The notes under the pieces are model-generated. The model did no database searches, was not told the origin of the DNA, and saw only the letters and a list, made by a program, of their open reading frames with translations. Shown here in pieces: positions 55,957 through 64,000 of a stretch of DNA of 64,000 nt (position 1 is its first letter; every line of letters begins with the position of its first letter). Made by a program: the position numbers and the translations under genes. The stretch comes from Octopus vulgaris (lineage: Eukaryota): positions 8,432,001 through 8,496,000 of the forward strand of contig OX597838.1 of the NCBI GenBank assembly GCA_951406725.2, given 5' to 3'.

Positions 55957-57230
55957 GTTTTTTGTTTTTTATTGTTTGTATAAATCAAATTCTTTTGGCT
56001 ATTGGAGATAACGTTGGACAATTGTCGTGCTGATGACGGCTCTATATATTATGGCGTCGGTCGGCTCTTGCTTGGGAAAGTTAAAGAAAAGATGGACGAA
56101 GAAATAAACGTTTGTGGACAGTTTGTTATATAAAACAAACAAAAATAAAATAAAGCATAAAATCTGTTGATTTATCATGAAGAAAAGTATTATGAAACGC
56201 GTCCAATACGTGGCCAAAACTCTGGGGGGAAAAGCACGATTTAGAAAATGAAAGTTGTTTAATAGGGAATTTGTGAATAGAAAATAGCAGAGATGGAGAA
56301 TGTGAGAATGTGAGAATTGGGGATTGTGAGAATGGTACTTATATTAGGAAACATTATATGGGGCAAAAATTGTTTTGGTAAAAAATCAAGTAAGGAGTAA
56401 AACGGATCAAAGGTATGGTGTCCCCTTGTCTCTTTTGGTGTCCAAACAACAAGCCCCTTCTTTCTTTCATGGACCCACCAGGAGTGAGTTTTGTTTTTCA
56501 TTTCATAGAACCTTAATTTTTCACACTATCACCACAACCGCCACAACTACAGCCACCACCACCACCAAAACCACCATCATCATCATCATCAACACCAACA
56601 ATATTAAGAACAGCACCATAAATACCACCACCACCACCACCATCCACAGAACTATCACCAACACCACTACCAACATCACCAAAACCATCGCCGCCGCCAC
56701 CACCACCACCAACACCACCACCACCACCACCACCTACAACAACACCACAACCGCCGCCATCACCACTACCACCAAAACCATTACCACCACTAACTCCCAT
56801 CACCACTACCACCAAAACCACCACTAACTCTAACACCACCACCACCAAAACTATTACCACCACTACCTCCACCACCACCACAACCAAAACCATTACCACC
56901 ACTAACTCCACAACCACCACCACCACCACCGCCACCACCACCTGTGTTTTATGTTCTTGTCATTCTTTAACCCTTTTTGCTCTCCTAATCTATTTACACT
57001 ACCACCCGCTCCCCTTCTCACTCTCTCCCCCCACACTTTATTCCTCTCATGCTCAGACATCACCCCCTCCCCCTCAAACCACCACCCTCAACTCAAACAC
57101 CTCCTCTAATCCTTCTTTCCTCTCTCTCTCTCTCTCTGCCTTGCCGTTAATTCTTGCTTAATTTTCTTAATTACTAATTTACTTTCACTTTTTACTGCGG
57201 CAGCTACAGTTGTTGACGTTGCTGTTGCAG

Positions 57231-57307
<77 letters not shown>

Positions 57308-57875
57308 GCTGCTGTTGATGTTGTTGTTGTTGACATTACACGTTGCAATTACTTTAAAACATTTTTGCCGTCATGTTAACGTCCCCTTTTCTGCGACCCC
57401 CTTTTAAAAAACTATTAAGGGATCAGTAGAAATACAAACAACAAAAAACAAACAAAAAATATATATTTTCTTAAAGAAGAACCAAACAAAAACCAGCCAT
57501 TTTTTTTTCTCTCTACTTTCATTTTCAGAATAGTTCAACTATGTGTCACAGAGCTGTGTATATTTGTCTGACGATGGGTGTATACATACATATATACATA
57601 TATACATACATATTTATACATCTGTACATGCGTATATACATATCTTCATACATATATACATACATGTATACATACATACGCACACACACATACATACATA
57701 TATATACATATGCAAACACGTACATACATACATACATATATGCAGGCACACACATATAAATACATACATATATATACCCAAGTACGTAGCATTCCTATGA
57801 ATTAGTGTGCGTATATATATATCTATATATCTATATGCATATATATATATGTGTGTGTGTGTATTTATATATATG

Positions 57876-57906
<31 letters not shown>

Positions 57907-57981
57907 AATATATATATATATATGTATATATATGAATATATATGTATATGTATATATATATATGTATATATATATTATATA

Positions 57982-58032
<51 letters not shown>

Positions 58033-58036
<4 letters not shown>

Positions 58037-58246
58037 TAATACAAACAAGAAAGCACAAAAAAACACAACAACGCGAGGACGTGGAACAAATATAGTATTA
58101 TTGGACGCTCAGGAAGGAAGGAAAGAAGGAGGGTTTAACGTTTTGAGCGGACCTCTTCGTCGGAAACATAGGAGAAGGAGAGATCCAGAGAAGGGAAGAC
58201 AGAGGGAAAAATCGCCAACGGTACACACGAGGTCACATTTTGAAAT
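58033..58246 (-). mobile_element. Hammerhead-bearing short element, sister family H2
   Basis: Minus strand 58133-58167: gttt-CCGACGA-A-GAG-gtccg-CTC-AAAA-CG-TT-aaac; shares GTATTA..N.ACGCTCAGGAA with H1; (TA)n flank. Confidence 0.65.
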
Positions 58247-58255
58247 AAATATATA

Positions 58256-58649
58256 TCTTTATATATAAAAGTCAAGTTGTGTCTCTGTCTCCTTACAATT
58301 TAGATTCCTAACTACTCCCACATTTTGCGGTGCATGTAACCAAAAGCGGGTATCTTATAGTCGTGATTCATATCGAGCCCTTCTGGGTATTAGCGCGCGT
58401 CTACAATGAGTCTACGATTTTAAAAAAAATTACCATCATTTTTTCCCATTTTTAATGCATTTTTTTGCTATTATATAAGGAAGTAACTCTCTAAAAATGT
58501 ATTATTAAATCTCAGAACGTAAAAAGCTACAGTAACACCCACCCCCTTTGTGGTTAGCCATATTGAGATGGCTATTATACTTTACATCTCTAAAAATGCT
58601 TATATAGTTATTTCCTACAAACCCGAGCAACGCCGGGCGATACTGCTAG
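58256..58649 (+). mobile_element. Non-autonomous Helitron
   Basis: A|TCTTTATATATAAAA 5' end; subterminal hairpin CCCGAGCAACGCCGGG; CTAG|T 3' end; no TSD. Confidence 0.85.
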
Positions 58650-58669
58650 TATATATATATATCGTTTAT

Positions 58670-59138
58670 GCTTCATCTTGTGTCAGTCATTAGAGTGCGA
58701 CCATGCTGGGGCATTGTCTTGAAGAATTTGAATTGCAATAAATCAACCCCAGCACATCTTTTCTTAATAAGCCTGGTACTTATTCTATCTTTGACTTTTG
58801 CCGTACCGCTAAGTTACGGGGACGTAAGCACACTAACACAAGACACGCACAGATGTGTGAGTGTTTGTGCGTGTGTGTGTGTGTATGTGTGTCCATGTGA
58901 TCGACATCCCCTCCACCGGCAAGTACGAGGGAGGTGGGCATGAGTCGATCACACCAAACCCCAGTATTCAACTGGTACTTATTTTATCGACCCCGAAAGG
59001 ATGAACTCAGAAAGAAAAGAGCCGGAGGAAATGCTGCTAATCGGTTCGTTCAGTCCCACTGCATGGCACCTTGCGCAAGTGTACCTGTAATTTCAAAGGG
59101 GCCAGCCTTGTCACAATCTGCCTGAGAACTACGTTAAG
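58670..59138. mobile_element. Cluster of SINE fragments (A on minus, B on minus, A/C on plus)
   Basis: Pieces match the family A tail (58670-58840), family B core (58950-59010) and family A/C segments (59043-59138). Confidence 0.7.
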
Positions 59139-60207
59139 GGTAGCTGGCAGAATCGTTAGCATGCCGGGCGAAATGCTTTGCGGTATTTCGTCTGCCGCTA
59201 CGTTCTGAGTTCAAATTCTGCCGCGGTCGACTTTGCCTTTCATCCTTTCGGGTTCGATTAAATAAGTACCAGTTACGCACTGGGGTCGATGTAATCGACT
59301 TAATCCGTTTGTCTGTCCTCGTTTTGTCCCCTTTGTGTTTAGCCCCTTTTGGGTAGTAAAGAAATAGGTATTTCGTCTGTCTTTACGTTCTGAGTTCAAA
59401 TTCCGCCGAGGTCGGCTTTGCCTATCATCCTTTCGGGTTCGATTAAATAAAGTACCAGTTATGCACTTGGGTCGATGTAATCGACTTAATCCGTTTGTCT
59501 GTCCTCGTTTGTCCTCTCTGTGTTTAGCCCCTTTTGGGTAGTAAAGAAATAGGTATTTCGTCTGTCTTTACTTTCTGACTTCAAATTCCGCCGAGGTCGA
59601 CTTTGCCTTTCATCCTTTCGGGGTCGATAAAATTAAGTACCAGTTACGCACTGGGGTCGATATAATCGACTTAATCCGTTTGTCTGTCCTTGTTTGTCCT
59701 CTCTGTATTTAGCCTCTTGTGGGTAATAAAGAAATAGGTGTTTCGTCTGCCGCTACGTTCTGAGTTCAAATTCCGCCGAGGTCGACTTTGCCTTTCATGC
59801 TTTCGGGGTCGATAAATTAAGTACCGGTTACGCACTGGGGTCAATATAATCGACTTAATCCGTTTGTCTGTCCTTGTTTGTCCTCTCTGTGTTTAGCCCC
59901 TTGTGGGTAGTAAAGAAATAGGTATTTCGTCTGTCATTACGTTCTGAGTTCAAATTCCACCGAGGTCGACTTTGCCTTTCATCCTTTCGGGGTCGATAAA
60001 TTAAGTACCGGTTACGAGCTGGTATTTCGTCTGCCGCTACGTTCTGAGTTGAAATTCCGCTGAGGTCGACTTTGCCTTTCATCCTTTCGGGGTCGATAAA
60101 ATAAGTACCGGTTACCCGCTGGGGTCGATATAATCGACTTAGTCCCTTTGTCTGTCCTTGTTTGTCCTCTCTGTGTTTAGCCCCTTATGGATAGTAAAGT
60201 AATAGGA
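59139..60207 (+). mobile_element. Head-to-tail array of SINE family B: one head plus six units
   Basis: Units start with GGTATTTCGTCTG (or GGTGTTTCG) at 59182, 59367, 59552, 59737, 59921 and 60021; spacings 185, 185, 185, 184 and 100 bp. Confidence 0.93.
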
Positions 60208-60737
60208 ATTAAATCCACGAGCAGGCTTGTTCCGTTGATCGGATCAACTGGGACACTCGTCTTCGCAACCGACGGAGAGTCAAGCCATATATACACACAC
60301 ACACACATGTGTATATGTGTGTGTCTACATGTGTGTGTGTGTGTGTGTGTGTGTGAGTGTGTGTGGGGGGGGGGGATGATGATGATGACTAAAACAGCTC
60401 GTTATCTCGTCTTCGACTGCTGGTCGTTGATGTCGAACGGGAAATTCTGCTTCTTGTCTCGGTCGGTCTTTGCTCAACAAAACCACGTGAGTCTGGCTCT
60501 TCTTCGGATTCTCTCCGTTCCGAACGGATTAACCTCTCCTAAAACCCCGAGAGAGTTGCCGACAAATGCTCATGGCAAAACTCACACACGCACACACAGA
60601 TATACACACACCGGTATATATACCATGGCATACCCTGCCACTCAACCATTCGAAAGCATTAACAACAACATCAACATAATACCACGCAGCAATACCATCG
60701 CATACACCAATATAAACGTCTTGCTTTATTATAACTG

Positions 60738-60908
60738 TTGACGATGATGAAGATGATGATGATGATGATGACAACAACGACGACGACGAAGATGATGATG
60801 ATCATGATGGTTTTGGTGAGGAGGAGAAGGAGGAGGATGTTGATGATGATGATGATGGTGATGATGGTGATGATGATGACGACGACGACGACGACGACGA
60901 CGACGATG

Positions 60909-60940
<32 letters not shown>

Positions 60941-60970
60941 GATGATGATGGTGATGTTGATGATGATGAC

Positions 60971-61045
<75 letters not shown>

Positions 61046-62210
61046 AATGACGATGGTGATGATGATGCTGTTGATGATGATGATGATGATGGTGATAATG
61101 ATGATGATGATGATGATGATGTTTTAGTGGTGATAGCGCTGATGATGGTGATGATGATGTTGACAATGAGGAAGATGACGATGATGATGGTAATGATAAT
61201 GATGATGATGATGGCGGTGAATTTTATTGATGACGGTGGTAATGTTGGTACTGATAGCGTTGAAAGTATTTAATGGTGGGGAGGAGAGACTGGGGTTGTT
61301 GATGCTGACATATTATGTTGTTGTTTTTATTGTTGTTGTAGTCGTATGTTACTGTTATTGTGTAATGCTGTTGTGGTTGTTGTTGTTGTGATGTTGCCAT
61401 GTGATGTTGGTGTCGCTAATTTCTCTCTAATTTCCAGAAACTTCTGCTCATATTTCATTTGTTAATCTAATTACAAAGTGAGTTATGGTGGACATTTTGT
61501 GAGGAGGCGGCGGCGGCGGCGGGGAGGGGGTGGAGGAAGAGGAGGTGAAGGAGGCAGCGGCAGTGGTAGGAGTGAAAGTTCTGGTGGCAGTGATGATAAT
61601 GTTTGTACGGTATTGATAGGGTCGCTGTAGCTGGTGGTGGTGGTGGTGGTGGCGGTGGCGGCGGCGGTGGTGGCGGCGGCGGTGGTGGCGGCGGTGGTGG
61701 TGGCGGCGGTGGTGGTGGTGGCGGCGGTGGTGGTGGCGGCGGCGTCGGTGGTAGTGGTGATGGTAGAGGTGGTGGTGGCGGTGGTCGACGTCGTCGTCGT
61801 CGTTGTCGTGATGGTGATAGTAATGATAGTGGTGACAGTGGTGATGGTGGTGGTGGCGGCGGTGGTGGTGGTGGCGGCGGCGGCGGCGGTGGTAGTGATG
61901 ATGGTAGAGGTGGTGGTCGTGGTGGTGGTCGTTGTCGTCGTTGTCGTGATGGTGATAGTAATTGGTAGTGGTGACAGTGGTGATGGTGGTGATGGTGGTG
62001 GTGGTGGTGGTTGTTGTAGTGGTGGCGATAAAACAGGTTGCTATGATGACGGTGTCGGCTGTGACGGTGATGGTGTTGTTATTGTTGGTGGTGGTGGTGG
62101 TGGTATTGGTGGGTGTGGTATTGGTGGTGATGGCAGTGGTTGTGTGGTGGTGGTGAAGATGGTAGTTATGTTGACGGCGATGGCGGTGGTGGTGGTGGTG
62201 GTGGTGGTAC
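60738..62210. repeat. (GAT)n and (GGT/GGC)n tracts with internal duplication
   Basis: Seen directly; CGTCGTTGTCGTGATGGTGATAGTAAT occurs twice. Confidence 0.9.
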
Positions 62211-62317
62211 GGTACCAGAACCTGTGGTGGTTAGCGGCAACCCTTATTGATACAGTCAATGGTATGTGTGTTGCGTGTCACTGTTGTAGCTAGGGTTGCA
62301 TTAGAATCTTCATACAT

Positions 62318-62480
62318 CTGCGGCCATGCTGGGGCACCGCCTTGAAGAAATGTTAATGTTATTGCTTTTTATTTTTTTCAAAGCCTGTTGCTTTGTACTT
62401 ATTCTGTCGGTCTCTTTCTGATAGGTTAAGTGAACGTGAACACACTAACACCGGTTGTCAAGCACTGATGGACGGCGACA
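62318..62480 (-). mobile_element. Diverged SINE family A 3' half
   Basis: CTGCGGCCATGCTGGGGCACCGCC...GTACTTATTCTGTCGG...CCGGTTGTCAAGC. Confidence 0.75.
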
Positions 62481-62490
62481 CACAGACACA

Positions 62491-62535
<45 letters not shown>

Positions 62536-62589
62536 ATATAAATATCAATTGCTGGTAGAGGCATTGCATTTTGTTATGCTACCAAGTAT

Positions 62590-62915
62590 ATTAAAATCTT
62601 ACATGCTCATATATACTGAAATGACAAACTTCTGGAAAGTTTTACAGATTTTTACAGTTCCAGTGATGGCTTTGATTTGTAGCCTTCAAATCAACTTTCT
62701 CGTTTCTGGCTTTGAGAAGCCTAATTGTTCAAGGTTGGTATTTAGGCAGTGTGTTGCATATCCCAGGGTCCCAATAATTACAGGTATAAACCTGAATTTG
62801 TAATCTGGAAGGAATAACTGCAGATTTCTCAATAGTTCAGCATAGGTATTCTCTTTTTCGCAGATTAACATCCGCTGAGCAGCTAATTCGCAAAGATGGG
62901 AAATCCACCGATTTC
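62590..62915 (-). pseudogene. 3' end of a restriction-like-endonuclease non-LTR retrotransposon
   Basis: ISCSADVN..EKENTYAELLRNLQ...YKFRFIPVIIGTLG...KLI*RLQIKAITGTVKICKTF; KxxxY and PVIIGxLG motifs as at 12459-12941. Confidence 0.75.
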
Positions 62916-62916
62916 C

Positions 62917-62917
<1 letters not shown>

Positions 62918-62947
<30 letters not shown>

Positions 62948-63788
62948 TGTATGTATGTATGTATGTATGTATGTATGTATGTATGTATGTATGTATGTAT
63001 TTATTTATGTATGTATGTATGTATTTATGTATGTATTTATGTATGTATGTATGTATGTATGTATGTATGTATGTATGTATGTATGTATGTATGTATGTAT
63101 GTATGTATGTATTTATGTATGTATGTATGTATGTATTTATTTATGTATGTATGTATGTATGTATGTATGTATGTATGTATGTATGTATGTATGTATGTAT
63201 GTATGTATGTATGTATGTATGTATGTATGTATGTATTTATTTATGTATGTATGTATGTATTTATGTATGTATGTATGTATGTATGTATGTATGTGTGTAT
63301 GTATGTATGTATGTATGTATGTATGTATGTATGTATGCATGTATTTATGTATGTATGCATGTATAACGGATATTCTTTTGTATATATAAGAAACGAAATA
63401 TGTGAATGTTGATGCATTGTAGTAAGTATATCGATATATACAATACATGCACGTGACATTAAATGAATATTCATATATGTATATATGTGGATGTCTATAT
63501 ATATATATACATATATATATATATGTATGTATATATAACAATATGTATATATGTATATGTATGTGTATAGTTGTGGATATTTATTTTTCTTTATCTCTCT
63601 CTTCCTCTCTGTATACTCACATATACACAAACACATGTAAACATACACACGCATATAAACACACATACACACACATATATACATATATATGCATATACAT
63701 ACGTACATACATCTATACACACATACATAAACACATACATACGTACACACATCTATACACACATGCATAAACACACACACATACATAC

Positions 63789-63855
<67 letters not shown>

Positions 63856-63860
63856 CATAC
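62918..63860. repeat. (TATG)n of about 440 bp and degenerate (TA/CA)n
   Basis: Seen directly. Confidence 0.95.
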
Positions 63861-64000
63861 ACATAAACACACCAATACATGCATACACGCATATATCCAC
63901 CCATATATACAAACAAAATCGATGTCTGCCTCATTGGGGTTCCATTGTGTTTAATGGGCGAATATTATGTTTACCCAAGATTTTAATTTGCTCCCTGTTA

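Noticed and set aside
59139-60207. CRISPR array or satellite
   Set aside because: Units are SINE bodies found dispersed elsewhere in the window.

Overview
Eukaryotic, AT-rich, extremely microsatellite-dense intergenic or intronic DNA. The SINE families and repeat landscape look like an octopus (coleoid cephalopod) genome; this is my recognition, not a database result. I found no host protein-coding exon I can support: almost every ORF in the track is a translation of (TA)n, (CA)n, (GATA)n or triplet repeats. The real coding remnants all come from transposons: a Penelope-like element (RT plus GIY-YIG, 53.85-55.4 kb), a young 5'-truncated Tx1/L1-clade LINE inside a (GATA)n tract plus an old relative, two restriction-like-endonuclease LINE 3' ends, a CR1/L2-type fragment and mariner/Tc1 fragments. 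Non-coding elements include at least four tRNA-headed SINE families (one forming a six-unit head-to-tail array), Tigger/pogo- and hAT-like MITEs, a non-autonomous Helitron and several long inverted repeats. The most interesting signal is a dispersed set of 150-250 bp non-coding elements in (TA)n tracts, each carrying a minimal type I hammerhead-ribozyme fold. Five of them have a non-canonical CUGUNGA core and differ from each other mainly at the positions a hammerhead leaves free. Canonical-core hammerheads lie in the Penelope 3' UTR and in an inverted Penelope-type terminal remnant. Coordinates were counted by eye and may be off by a few bases.
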